The notes under the pieces are model-generated. The model ran no database searches. It was not told the origin of the DNA and worked only from the letters and a program-made list of their open reading frames with translations. Of a stretch of DNA of 57,390 nt, positions 36,477 to 46,375 are shown piece by piece. The position numbers and the translations under genes were made by a program. The stretch is from an uncultured Bacteroidaceae bacterium (lineage in GTDB: Bacteria; Bacillota; Clostridia; Christensenellales; CAG-917): the NCBI GenBank assembly GCA_964604875.1, contig CAZSAC010000003.1:1-57390 (forward strand), read 5' to 3'. The stretch's first letter is position 1, and every line of letters starts with the position of its first letter.

Positions 36477-38372
36477 CTATTTTTCCTCCAAATTATTTTC
36501 AACCTTATATATAATTGCCGAGTACGCCGGCACAGTCATACAAATACTGTAAGGCAAGCCGTGCATCTCGGTTTTTTTTGCGTGATAAACTGCTTTTCTA
36601 TCGCTTGTTCCGCCGTATTTTTTGGAAACAGAACTAAACACCGCTTTATAGGTTTTAAGCTCAGGCACGCCCATAACGTATTTCTTGCGCTCCACGGGCG
36701 AAAAATTGATGACCACCAAGACGTAATCCCCGTTTTTTGCATATCGTAAATAGGACACGATGTTTTGCGTATTGTCGTCTACAGACACCCACCTGAATCC
36801 TTCCCACGAGCAGTCCTGCTCATACAATGCGGGAGTTGAGAGATAAAGCTTGTTTAGGTTTTTGACATATTCCTGCAATGCCTTATGCCGTGGATAATCC
36901 AACAAAAACCAATCAAGCTGTTCATCAAATTTCCACTCGATAAACTGCCCGAACTCGCCCCCCATAAACAAAAGCTTTTTTCCGGGGTGAGTAAGCATAT
37001 ATCCAAAAAATGCTTTTATAGCTTCAAATTTGCCATCGTAATCGCCAACTACTCTGTCTATAAGCGATTTTTTCCCGTGGACAACTTCGTCGTGCGACAA
37101 GGGCAAAATATAATTTTCACTATAGGCGTAGGTTATTGAAAAAGTCAGCCGATTATGCATATCCTTTCTAAAAAACGGGTCGGCGGATAAGTATTCCAAG
37201 CTGTCGTTCATCCAGCCCATATTCCATTTAAAGTTAAAGCCCAGACCGCCGTCAAAGGGCGGTTTTGTAATCATTGGATAAGCGGTGGATTCCTCCGCAA
37301 TGGTCATAACACCGCTATGACGCGTCAAAATTGCCGTATTCAATTTTTGCAAAAAATCACGCGCTTCAAGGTTATAATTCCCTCCGTCCTTATTGGGAAT
37401 CCATTCGCCCTCTTTTCTGCAATAATCTAAATATAGCATCGACGCAACCGCGTCCACCCGTATGCCGTCAATGTGATAAAACTTAAACCAAAAATCCGCC
37501 GCCGAAATCAAAAAGCTTTGAACCTCGGGTTTTCCATAATCGAAAACCTTTGTGCCCCACTCATAATGTTCGCCTTTTTTGGGGTCGGCATATTCGTATA
37601 AAGCGGAGCCGTCAAAATCGGATAAGCCGTGCTCGTCTTTTGGAAAATGCGCAATAACCCAATCTAAAATAACGCCGATACCCGCTTGATGGCACGCATC
37701 GATAAAATACATAAAGTCGTGCGGGGTGCCATATCTTGAGGTTGGCGCAAACAGCCCCGTCACCTGATAGCCCCAAGAGCCGTCATAGGGGTATTCTGTC
37801 ATTGGCATAAGCTCAATATGCGTATAATTCATCGATTTGACATAGGGGACAAGCTCGTCCGCCATTTGTCGATAGCTTAAAACGTTTCCGTCGGAGTGCC
37901 GTTTCCAGCTTCCAAAATGAACCTCGTATATATTAAGCGGTTTATCGTATGGACTATATTCGTTTCTGTCGGATAGCCATTTTTTGTCTTTCCAGTCATA
38001 ACCATTTAAGCAAAACAGCTTTGATGCGTTGGCAGGCGTAGTCTCAAAATGCAAGCCGTACGGGTCTGTTTTTAAAACTGTTTTTCCGCTTTTAGCGGTA
38101 ATTGCATATTTATAAGCGTCGTAGATTTTAAGGTCGGGGACGAAGCCTTCCCAGATACCGCCGTCGTCTGCCGACATTGGCGTGGCGCCGACTTCCCAGT
38201 TGTTAAAATCTCCCACAACGGAAACCGCCTTTGCGTTTGGCGCCCAAACCCTAAACAAAAATCCGTCCTTCCCCCGTTTGGTTTCATTTTTAGGGCAAAA
38301 TAAGTCATAGGTCTCAAAATTTGTCCCCTCGTGGAAAAGATATTTAGGATAGTGTTCATCGGTTTTTTTCAT
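36477..38372 (-). CDS. glgB: 1,4-alpha-glucan branching enzyme
   Basis: 631 aa with GH13 regions GVILDWVIAHF, DGIRVDAVASMLY and IAEEST, plus an N-terminal CBM48-like region. Confidence 0.93.
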   Translation of the reverse strand: MKKTDEHYPKYLFHEGTNFETYDLFCPKNETKRGKDGFLFRVWAPNAKAVSVVGDFNNWEVGATPMSADDGGIWEGFVPDLKIYDAYKYAITAKSGKTVLKTDPYGLHFETTPANASKLFCLNGYDWKDKKWLSDRNEYSPYDKPLNIYEVHFGSWKRHSDGNVLSYRQMADELVPYVKSMNYTHIELMPMTEYPYDGSWGYQVTGLFAPTSRYGTPHDFMYFIDACHQAGIGVILDWVIAHFPKDEHGLSDFDGSALYEYADPKKGEHYEWGTKVFDYGKPEVQSFLISAADFWFKFYHIDGIRVDAVASMLYLDYCRKEGEWIPNKDGGNYNLEARDFLQKLNTAILTRHSGVMTIAEESTAYPMITKPPFDGGLGFNFKWNMGWMNDSLEYLSADPFFRKDMHNRLTFSITYAYSENYILPLSHDEVVHGKKSLIDRVVGDYDGKFEAIKAFFGYMLTHPGKKLLFMGGEFGQFIEWKFDEQLDWFLLDYPRHKALQEYVKNLNKLYLSTPALYEQDCSWEGFRWVSVDDNTQNIVSYLRYAKNGDYVLVVINFSPVERKKYVMGVPELKTYKAVFSSVSKKYGGTSDRKAVYHAKKTEMHGLPYSICMTVPAYSAIIYKVENNLEEK

Positions 38373-38414
38373 TGTATTTCTGCCTTTTCTAAGTTTGCTT
38401 GTATATTTACTTTT

Positions 38415-38443
38415 ATTATACCAAAATAAAACTTCTTTTTCAA
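38415..38443 (-). promoter_or_regulatory. Candidate sigma-A promoter (extended -10) for the glg operon
   Basis: The minus strand reads TTGAAA, a 17-nt spacer, then TGgTATAAT, about 40 nt upstream of the glgB ATG. Confidence 0.45.
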
Positions 38444-38493
38444 TACCAAAAGTAAAATATTACTAATTTTTTACATATTTGTGTTGTAATTCA

Positions 38494-38527
38494 ATAAAAA
38501 ACGGCGCAACTCTTGTCACGCCGTTCT
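38494..38527 (-). terminator. Rho-independent terminator of the beta-CASP gene
   Basis: The minus strand reads AACGGCG-12 nt-CGCCGTT followed by TTTTTATT. Confidence 0.7.
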
Positions 38528-38540
38528 TGTTTATAGATTT

Positions 38541-40142
38541 TTATGAAAACTCCTTACACAATCGCTCAATTTCAGAGGTTAGCCGTCGCATATTTTCGTT
38601 TGTTCCCACTTGAGAGACTTTTACCAATTCATCAAGTTTTGTCAAAGATTTCAAAAGCTGTTCAAACGTGGGCGAATCGGCTTTTAGTTTTTCACTCACA
38701 GGCTTTAGACGATTTGTATTTCCTTGCGCCAATTGAACGTTATTTGATAAATCCCACTCTTCTCCGTTGTAAGGGGCAATCGCAACCTGCCCTTGTTCGT
38801 CTGTCAATTTTTTTGCAAAGCTTTCGGCTACGGCATCTTCTCCGTGCGTCACAAATATGCGCTTTGGTTTGGGGTCAAGCTTTGACGCCCACTCCAACAA
38901 CCCGTCAACGTCTGCGTGCGAGCTAGTCCCCGGAAGCTGAACAATTTCTGCGTTAACGTTGATTTCATCACCGAATAGCTTTACGCTTTTCGCGCCGTCT
39001 AAAATATTTCTACCAAGCGTCCCCGCAACCTGATACCCTACGAAAACCACCGTACATTCCGAGCGCCACAGATTATGCTTTAGATGATGCCTTATTCTGC
39101 CTGCCTCGCACATTCCCGAGGCAGATAAAATCACCTTTGGAACGTCGTTGGCGTTTATCGCCTTGCTCTCATCGGTGGTAACAGACATATATAAGTTGGA
39201 AAACCCTATAGGGTTTATCCCCTTTTCTACCAAGCTTTTTGTTTCCTCGTCATAACAATTTAGAAGATTTTTTTTGTATACCGAAGTTGCCTCCACAGAA
39301 AGCGGACTATCCACATAAACGGGAAAATCGGGATTAACGGTTACAAGTTTTTGCTCTTTTATTTTTCTTATCGCGTACAAAATTTCTTGCATACGTCCCA
39401 CGGCGAAACTGGGGATAATCACGTTCCCCTTTCGCTTTAAGGTCCGCTCAATAATTGCAGCCAACTGAGACGAATAGTCAACTGCGTGAGGCGTTGTTCT
39501 GTCGCCGTAGGTGCTTTCCATTATCACATAATCGGCTTTCTCAAAATAGGAGGGATTGCGGATAATCGGTTTGTTTTTATTTCCTATATCTCCGGAAAAT
39601 ACTATAGTTTTTGTCGGCTCTCCCTTTTCGGCAATCTTAATTTCCACCCCGGCCGAACCCAATAAGTGCCCTGCGTCTACAAACCGAATAACCATATTAT
39701 TTAAAATATGAACGGGAACGTCATAGTCACATTCAAAAAACCTTTTAATTGTATTGTTGACGTCGATTGTGTCGTATATAGGCTCGTACTCCTCGCTTGC
39801 CCCACGTTTTTTCTTACGGCTTCTCCATTCCGCTTCAAATTCCTGTATCTTTGCGCTGTCCAAAAGCATAATCTTGCACAAATCACTTGACGCTCTTGTC
39901 ATATAAATTTTCCCGCTGAAGCCTTTTTTTGTCAAAAGCGGGAGCATTCCCGAGTGGTCAATGTGCGCGTGCGTTAGAATCACGGCGTCAATTTCACTTG
40001 CGTTTATCGAAAGCTGTTGGTTTTCATAAATGTTGGGGCCTTGCTCCATTCCGCAATCCACCAACAGATTTTGTCCGTCAACCTCAAGCAGATAACAACT
40101 TCCCGTCACCTCTCTTGCCGCGCCCAAAAATGAAATTTTCAT
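38541..40142 (-). CDS. MBL-fold beta-CASP family (CPSF/RNase J-like) putative ribonuclease
   Basis: HAHIDHSG motif. The N-terminus MKISFLGAAREVTGSCYLLE is typical of beta-CASP proteins. 533 aa with a C-terminal helical extension. Confidence 0.75.
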   Translation of the reverse strand: MKISFLGAAREVTGSCYLLEVDGQNLLVDCGMEQGPNIYENQQLSINASEIDAVILTHAHIDHSGMLPLLTKKGFSGKIYMTRASSDLCKIMLLDSAKIQEFEAEWRSRKKKRGASEEYEPIYDTIDVNNTIKRFFECDYDVPVHILNNMVIRFVDAGHLLGSAGVEIKIAEKGEPTKTIVFSGDIGNKNKPIIRNPSYFEKADYVIMESTYGDRTTPHAVDYSSQLAAIIERTLKRKGNVIIPSFAVGRMQEILYAIRKIKEQKLVTVNPDFPVYVDSPLSVEATSVYKKNLLNCYDEETKSLVEKGINPIGFSNLYMSVTTDESKAINANDVPKVILSASGMCEAGRIRHHLKHNLWRSECTVVFVGYQVAGTLGRNILDGAKSVKLFGDEINVNAEIVQLPGTSSHADVDGLLEWASKLDPKPKRIFVTHGEDAVAESFAKKLTDEQGQVAIAPYNGEEWDLSNNVQLAQGNTNRLKPVSEKLKADSPTFEQLLKSLTKLDELVKVSQVGTNENMRRLTSEIERLCKEFS

Positions 40143-40168
40143 ATTTGTTCTCCCTTTGTCTTTTATAT

Positions 40169-40951
40169 CTATCTTAAAATGAATTTGCCTTTAGTTAGGT
40201 TGCGTTGCCTTACATAGTATATTAGCATAAATACGCCTATCGCTATGGTATGCGAAGCAATGTTAATAAGCGCATCCTCTACCGTTGACGCCCTTTTATA
40301 GGTTATAGACGGCAACTGAAGCAACTCGGATATTATTGCAACGCTTACGCCGATTCCTTGTGAAATAGCCGCTGATAAGAATACGTTTTGGGGAAAGATA
40401 TTTAAAAATAAAACCATTCCCAAAAAACCCAATACAAAAAATATACCAATGTGTCCTATCAGCATTCGGAACAGTATCCGATAATTATAAACCACGCGAA
40501 ACTCTTGCTCCGCCGTAACCTGCGTATCGGATTTTAGCGTTGCCGAAACTGTAATTTCTCCAACCTTTCTGCCCCAAAGATTTCCCTCGCCGTTAATGTA
40601 GGCAATCTCCGTATCGTCAACTTCCCAAAAAACTTTACCTGTAACGTCTTCGCCATTATAAAACGCATTAAGCTTTAAACAACTTTTTGTTTTTACTTTT
40701 TGGCTTTGGGCAATTATCGACAGTTTTGTCTCGTCAAACGAGCCGCTTTCAATACCACCGACAACAGGCGTATCCTCTGGTTTTAATATTGACGTAAATT
40801 TGTCTTTTACCGTTTCATAACCGCTTTCCTCGGCAGTTCCCGGCAAAAGGGCGCCCAAAAAAATCAACAGAATACATAAGCAATAAGAAATCAAAATATT
40901 TCTTACATACTTTCCATTATCAAATTTTAGAAATTCAAATTTATTTGTCAT
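40169..40951 (-). CDS. Membrane protein: N-terminal anchor, Big_2-like Ig domain and C-terminal VanZ-like domain
   Basis: The segment FWEVDDTEIAYINGEGNLWGRKVGEITVSA resembles Big_2. The C-terminal 4-TM region has a VanZ-like E..Q...R...D..N pattern (ELLQLPSITYKRASTVEDALIN). Confidence 0.55.
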   Translation of the reverse strand: MTNKFEFLKFDNGKYVRNILISYCLCILLIFLGALLPGTAEESGYETVKDKFTSILKPEDTPVVGGIESGSFDETKLSIIAQSQKVKTKSCLKLNAFYNGEDVTGKVFWEVDDTEIAYINGEGNLWGRKVGEITVSATLKSDTQVTAEQEFRVVYNYRILFRMLIGHIGIFFVLGFLGMVLFLNIFPQNVFLSAAISQGIGVSVAIISELLQLPSITYKRASTVEDALINIASHTIAIGVFMLIYYVRQRNLTKGKFILR

Positions 40952-41045
40952 ACTTTTTTAACAAAACAATATATTTCTTTAAAGTATTTGTAATTTCTTC
41001 ATTTGTATGGTATTTTTATTATATATTATGTGAAGAGGTATTGCA

Positions 41046-42128
41046 ATGATTAAATATCCTGATTTTATTTCTAATAAACGTTGTCCCGCCCCAACGCCCG
41101 ATTCCATTATCGAAAACGGCAAAACAAATTTCGGAACGTTTGACGCTCCTTTTAAAAATCTCAATTTAATTGAAGCCGAAGACGCTTGGAGCAAAGCTCT
41201 TTCTTTAAAGGCGCGCGCGTCACGTTTGACGCAGTGGGAAGCGTTCGAGGTGCACTTCGACGAGGGCGCGCTTATCTCCGCCGTTTATAATCTTGGGACG
41301 GCTATTGGATTTTCAATCTTTGTTTGGTATGACAAAATCAACAATAAGATTTATAGCTGGAAAAACTTTGTCGCGCCCGCAAAAAAAGCAAGGGTCGCCT
41401 CACAACTTATCAACGACTATTGCTATTTGAAAACGGGAAAATCAGAATATAGAATCGATAATGACTTTGCCAACGGCAAAGCCTCGGCAAAAGGTTATAC
41501 TAAAGGTAAAAACGGCGCCTTTGAGATTGACGTAAAATTTGAACGCCTTTCTCCTCTTGCCAACGGCGTTATGCCCCTCGCCCAAAAAGACGGCAAATTT
41601 GTCAATCCGCTTTACTCGGAAAAAGACTTTTTTAAAGCCACGGGCACAATCACATTAAACGGCAAAACATTTACCTCTAACGAACGCTCCGTCGGCATCA
41701 TCGATGACCACAAGGGTTATTATCCGCGCCCTGCTCACTATGACTGGCTGACAACAATGGGACAATGCGAAATTGACGGAAAAATGCAATATCTTGCGTT
41801 CAACCTCACACGCAATCAATCTGTCGACCAAGATAATTACAATGAAAACGTACTCTGGCTGGAGGGCAAATCCTATCCGCTACCTCCCGTTTGGTTTACG
41901 CACAAGGACGATAAAAAGAAAGCCGACGTTTGGTATATCAAGGATGAACACGGCATGGTGGATTTACGCTTTGAAATAGCCCAAACCTTCTATATGCCTA
42001 TCCCCGTAATTACCTATTACGCCTTACCGTACGGCAAGATATACGGCACAATAAAGGACCACGACGGCAAGGTATACGTTTTAGACAATATGATTGGCAT
42101 TGGAGAAGACAAATCAACAAGAATATAA
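41046..42128 (+). CDS. Hypothetical cytoplasmic protein (possibly DUF2804 family)
   Basis: A 360-aa ORF that looks beta-rich. The family assignment is a weak recollection only. Confidence 0.45.
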   Translation: MIKYPDFISNKRCPAPTPDSIIENGKTNFGTFDAPFKNLNLIEAEDAWSKALSLKARASRLTQWEAFEVHFDEGALISAVYNLGTAIGFSIFVWYDKINNKIYSWKNFVAPAKKARVASQLINDYCYLKTGKSEYRIDNDFANGKASAKGYTKGKNGAFEIDVKFERLSPLANGVMPLAQKDGKFVNPLYSEKDFFKATGTITLNGKTFTSNERSVGIIDDHKGYYPRPAHYDWLTTMGQCEIDGKMQYLAFNLTRNQSVDQDNYNENVLWLEGKSYPLPPVWFTHKDDKKKADVWYIKDEHGMVDLRFEIAQTFYMPIPVITYYALPYGKIYGTIKDHDGKVYVLDNMIGIGEDKSTRI

Positions 42129-42177
42129 AACCGATTAAAACTTATATTTTTGACTTAGAATAGTTTTTTTACTGCTT

Positions 42178-42209
42178 AAAAAGAACCCGCAAAAGCGGGT
42201 TTTTTATTT
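42178..42209. terminator. Bidirectional rho-independent terminator
   Basis: ACCCGC-aaaa-GCGGGT hairpin flanked by an A-run and TTTTTATTTT, between convergent genes. Confidence 0.8.
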
Positions 42210-43262
42210 TCATAAATCTTCTATAAGACAGTCAACATCTGATTGCTTTGTCGCCCAACTAGTGCAAAGCCTGATTTCATAGTATTCGTCATTCAGCTTT
42301 TTCCATAGGCATACGCTATATTTCTTCTTTAGTTTTTCCACAAGCAAAGCAGGGAGCTTTAAAAACAACTGATTGGTTGAGCAGGGATATAGTATCGGAT
42401 AGCCTTTTTGCTGACACGCTTGTTTAATCTGCTCCATAAGCTCGTTTGCGTGTTGCCCTATTCTAATAATCAAATTATCGGTAAACAAGGCGTCAAATTG
42501 CGCGCCCAACAATCTACCCTTTGCAAGGATTGCGCCTTTTTGCTTCATTAAGGTACGAAAACCGACAGATAAAGCCTTGTTTGTGAAAACTATCGCCTCA
42601 CCAAGTAACGCTCCGATTTTAGTCCCTCCGATATAAAATACGTCGCATAGCTCGGCAATTTTTTCTAAGGACAAAGTGGATTGCTTCGACGCTAAGGCGT
42701 AACCCAAACGCGCGCCGTCCATATATAACGCCAAGCCGTTTGAGCGACAAACTGTGCTCAACGCTTTCAATTCTAAATCCGAATAGAGCGTTCCCAGTTC
42801 GGTCGGATGAGATATATAAACCATACCCGGGGCGACTGTTTGTTCACTTTTTCCACCGTTATGAGCGTCTATTGCATTTTGTATATCCTGCGCTGTAAGT
42901 TTTCCGTCAATCGACTTGACCGCGATTACCTTGTGACCGGTAGCTTCAATTGAGCCGCATTCATTTACCTCAATATGCCCTGTATCGGCGGCTATAACGC
43001 CTTGATAAGGTTTCAAAATTGAAGAAATAACCACCAAATTGGCAAGCGTTCCGCCGGCGACAAACTCTACTTGCACCGAAAGATTGTTGCAAGCTAGTTG
43101 AATTTTTTCTTTAGCGCGTTGTGATATTTCATCAAAGCCATAGCCCGACATTTGCAATTCGTTGGTTTTGATTAATTTCTCTAAAATACTTGGGTGCGCG
43201 CCTTCAGCGTAATCACATTCAAATCGAATCATATTACCTTCTCCATCGTATTTAAAAGTCAT
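42210..43262 (-). CDS. PLP-dependent threonine aldolase/beta-eliminating lyase family protein
   Basis: 350 aa with a fold-type I pattern, a YIGGTKIGA lysine motif and a CDYAEGAHPSILEKL N-terminus typical of low-specificity threonine aldolases. Confidence 0.65.
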   Translation of the reverse strand: MTFKYDGEGNMIRFECDYAEGAHPSILEKLIKTNELQMSGYGFDEISQRAKEKIQLACNNLSVQVEFVAGGTLANLVVISSILKPYQGVIAADTGHIEVNECGSIEATGHKVIAVKSIDGKLTAQDIQNAIDAHNGGKSEQTVAPGMVYISHPTELGTLYSDLELKALSTVCRSNGLALYMDGARLGYALASKQSTLSLEKIAELCDVFYIGGTKIGALLGEAIVFTNKALSVGFRTLMKQKGAILAKGRLLGAQFDALFTDNLIIRIGQHANELMEQIKQACQQKGYPILYPCSTNQLFLKLPALLVEKLKKKYSVCLWKKLNDEYYEIRLCTSWATKQSDVDCLIEDL

Positions 43263-43535
43263 ACTATATTGTATGTTTTTTTGGCGCTTATGTCAATAAA
43301 AAGCTTTTGCCTCAGACGCTATCACAATAAAGTTTTTTTGTTCTGTTATTCAAATATTTATTTGAAATGCGTAAAAAAATCATAGTTTAGGAAATTTTTT
43401 TCCATTATTTGGCGCATTTTAGAATCGTTTCGGTTTTTTAAGGAAAAATTAGCGATTTTTATTGTTTTTTTTTATATTTTAAGTTATATTTTATAGGTAG
43501 TTTTATATTCTAAAATCTGCTGTAGGAGAAAAGAA

Positions 43536-46370
43536 TTGAAAATAAGGGAAAAATTATCCGGAGCGATTGACTCGCTCAAACTTTATTGGAAGCACCCTCC
43601 CCTCGGACGCTATATGCCTTTTAAGGAAATCGGCTCGCTTGCCGCGGGCGGAATAGGCGCCAAATTTATTATTACCATTGTGCAAGCGATGATGCTAAGC
43701 GTTGGAAACGGTCTTATCGGAAATACCATTGGAATTGACCCTATGCCACTTTACATCATCTATGCGATAAGCGTTGTCATCGGTATACCCTTAGGCGCGT
43801 TGCGTGCAAAAATGATTGACTCTCACCGCAACCCAAAGGGAAAATACCGTCCTTACATATTATCAATGGGTATTCCGACATCGATTTTAGCAATCGCCTT
43901 TGTTTGGATGCCGTACGACAGTATGGGGTTATTGGCAAAATGTTTGGTTGTTTTAGCGTTTAATATCGCCTTCCAGTTTTTCTTTAACTTCTATAACGAC
44001 GCATTTGTCAGCTTAATAAATGTTTTATCGCCAAATACAATCGAACGTTCGGACGTTAGCTCGCTCACTGCGGTAATCGACTCGCTAGCGCCAAGCATTA
44101 TCACAATGTTTATGCCCTTGGTCGCCTTTGCGATAACGGGGCAAAATACGCTGTACGATATGAAAATTTATCGCTATGCGTATCCGCCGTTGATTATTGT
44201 CGGCTTTTTGATTTCGTTGCTTATTTATTGCAACACAAAAGAAAAAATAATTCAGGCAAAAACTCACGATATACAACTTAAGTTCTCCGACGCTTTCCGC
44301 GCGGTTGCCAGAAACAAATATTTTTGGATTATTTCACTTGCTGGCTGGCTGGGATTTTTAGAGGGCGCGTTCGGCAACATTATGGGCTGGATGTATAACT
44401 ATCAAGGCGCTTGCTCTGCCGCTCAATACACTTTGATTATTACTATCGGCTCCAACGCATCGCTTTGGCCTATGTTGTTTGCTCCGCTTCTTATCCGCGC
44501 TTTCGGAAAAAGAAAACTTCTGATTTTTTCCAACGTGATGAACATATTTTTCATTATGATTATGCTTCCCGTTATCCGTATGGGTGAGTCTTCACATATG
44601 ATTTGGTTGCTGTTGGGTTGCACTTTTATGAATAACTTTGTTTCCACAATGGGAGGAGTTTTAAACCCAAGTATCAACGCAGATATTCGTGACTATCAGC
44701 AATATATCTCGGGCGAGCGTATTGACGGTATGTTTATCGCAGTAGGCTTAATCGGAAGTATTATAACTTTGGGCACAAGCCTTGTTCTCCCCGCAATTTA
44801 CACCGATACAGGCCTTAACGAAACAACGCTTGCCGGCTTGAAAGATTGGCTGATGACCCTACAAAACCCTGATGGCTCTTCTGTAATTGGCAGCCGTCCT
44901 TTAAATGTTTATGACGTATTATACGACAAAGGACACTTTATCAATATAAGCACCGTTTTAATTGTTGCCTCGGGCGTGGGCGCGCTTTTAAATGTTATTC
45001 CTTTCTTCTTCTATGATTTGACTGAAATAAAACAGAAAGCAATGGTAACTGTTTTAAGAATACGCGCTTTGTTTGAAGACTTTGGAAATAACGCCTTATC
45101 CGATGAAGATTTGGTTGGCGCGATAGATATGATTGAAGAAGCAAGCGCATTTGTTAATCAAACGCCTATTCCTCTTTCAAAGCGCAACTGGCGGGCTGCA
45201 AAACGCCGCAAACATAAGAAAATGCTTGTCCTTATTTTTGCAAAACTTAAGCGCAATAAGGATACCATTGAATATGCCAAGTCGGAGTATGTTTCTGTCT
45301 GCGAGGAAACAAAACAAGAAAAAGCTATATACAAAAACAATAAACTTACAAACGAAAAGATTGAAATTTCAAAATACATTATGAAAGAAATCAATCGTTT
45401 TGAAACTCCTGAAGGTCAAGCGGACGTCGAACGCGCGCAAGTTTTCATTGATGCGGGCTTAGACGGAATTTCTAAAATCACTCCTCTTTCCCTTCATTCT
45501 GCAAAGCTTCTTCCAAAAAAGACGCATGAAGAAAAAGTTGCGCGCGTTATTGCGATAGAAAAAGCAAGAAACGAAATTTTTGCTCAAAAAACTATTGCCA
45601 AATATTACCCGCAAGGGGTGGAAGAATTTGATTCCTCGGTGTTTGATAAACTGTTTGCAAAAGAAGACGCTTTGGACACAAAACTAAACGAACTTTATCA
45701 AAGTCTGCATACCGCAAAAGAACTTAAACGCCTTACCGAAATCGAAAGCGTCAAAGAAGAAATTTCCGTTGCTAAATCGGAAATGACAACCATTAAAAAA
45801 CAGCTTAAAATTGCAACCAATAAATACGCAATCTTTAATCGTGCGGCAAGGCCATATTTGGACGCAAAGAAACTTTTAATCCAACAAGAAAACTATCGTC
45901 ACTATGAGGACATTAAAGCCAACTATGAGGAATCTAAACGTCGCGCCGAGCAAAAACTTGCTGAACAATTAGAGCAAGAAGCTCGTGAAAAAGAGGAAAA
46001 AGCCGCTTACGCCGCCAAACTAAAGGAAGAAAAAGCTGCAGCAAAAGCAGCCAAAAAATCCGAAAACGGTAAATCCGAGAAAGCAGAAAAGGCTCCTAAG
46101 GAGAAAAAAGCTAAAACGGATAAATCAACAACTTTTGAAAAACCTAAAAAAGTTAAATCGGAAAAAGACAAATCCCAAAAAACAAAATCCGAAAAAGTTA
46201 AGTCGGAAAAAACCAAAACTGAAAAAGTCAAAACGGATAAGGTCAAAAAAGACAAAACCCTAAAAGAAGATAAGCCTAAATCCGAACGCGTAAAAAAAGA
46301 AAAAGACTTGACAAAATCACCAAAAATCCGAAAGAAGGATTTAACAGATAAAACCGACGATGACGAATAA
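43536..46370 (+). CDS. GPH/MFS-type permease fused to a roughly 440-aa coiled-coil/lysine-rich cytoplasmic tail
   Basis: TTG start 6 nt after SD AGGAGA. About 12 hydrophobic segments span residues roughly 30-500. The remainder is charged and heptad-like, ending in K/E/S/T-rich repeats. Confidence 0.7.
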   Translation: MKIREKLSGAIDSLKLYWKHPPLGRYMPFKEIGSLAAGGIGAKFIITIVQAMMLSVGNGLIGNTIGIDPMPLYIIYAISVVIGIPLGALRAKMIDSHRNPKGKYRPYILSMGIPTSILAIAFVWMPYDSMGLLAKCLVVLAFNIAFQFFFNFYNDAFVSLINVLSPNTIERSDVSSLTAVIDSLAPSIITMFMPLVAFAITGQNTLYDMKIYRYAYPPLIIVGFLISLLIYCNTKEKIIQAKTHDIQLKFSDAFRAVARNKYFWIISLAGWLGFLEGAFGNIMGWMYNYQGACSAAQYTLIITIGSNASLWPMLFAPLLIRAFGKRKLLIFSNVMNIFFIMIMLPVIRMGESSHMIWLLLGCTFMNNFVSTMGGVLNPSINADIRDYQQYISGERIDGMFIAVGLIGSIITLGTSLVLPAIYTDTGLNETTLAGLKDWLMTLQNPDGSSVIGSRPLNVYDVLYDKGHFINISTVLIVASGVGALLNVIPFFFYDLTEIKQKAMVTVLRIRALFEDFGNNALSDEDLVGAIDMIEEASAFVNQTPIPLSKRNWRAAKRRKHKKMLVLIFAKLKRNKDTIEYAKSEYVSVCEETKQEKAIYKNNKLTNEKIEISKYIMKEINRFETPEGQADVERAQVFIDAGLDGISKITPLSLHSAKLLPKKTHEEKVARVIAIEKARNEIFAQKTIAKYYPQGVEEFDSSVFDKLFAKEDALDTKLNELYQSLHTAKELKRLTEIESVKEEISVAKSEMTTIKKQLKIATNKYAIFNRAARPYLDAKKLLIQQENYRHYEDIKANYEESKRRAEQKLAEQLEQEAREKEEKAAYAAKLKEEKAAAKAAKKSENGKSEKAEKAPKEKKAKTDKSTTFEKPKKVKSEKDKSQKTKSEKVKSEKTKTEKVKTDKVKKDKTLKEDKPKSERVKKEKDLTKSPKIRKKDLTDKTDDDE
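46150..46255 (+). repeat. Imperfect 15-nt (pentapeptide K-[ST]-[ED]-K-[VT]) tandem repeats inside the transporter tail
   Basis: The protein reads VKSEK DKSQK TKSEK VKSEK TKTEK VKTDK VKKDK, encoded by degenerate AAA-TCN-GAA-AAA-GTN units. Confidence 0.7.
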
Positions 46371-46375
46371 AAACT

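Noticed and set aside
43263-43535. 273-bp AT-rich intergenic region upstream of the tailed permease, examined for a riboswitch, sRNA or repeats
   Set aside because: It contains only poly-T/poly-A tracts and short imperfect repeats (for example TTTTATATTTT-like). I recognised no conserved RNA-motif core or stable hairpin, so it is most likely divergent promoter DNA.
45970-46367. A-rich repetitive DNA considered as a CRISPR array or satellite repeat
   Set aside because: The periodicity is 15 nt, degenerate and entirely in frame within the transporter ORF (K/E/S/T codons). There are no repeat-spacer units and no cas genes.
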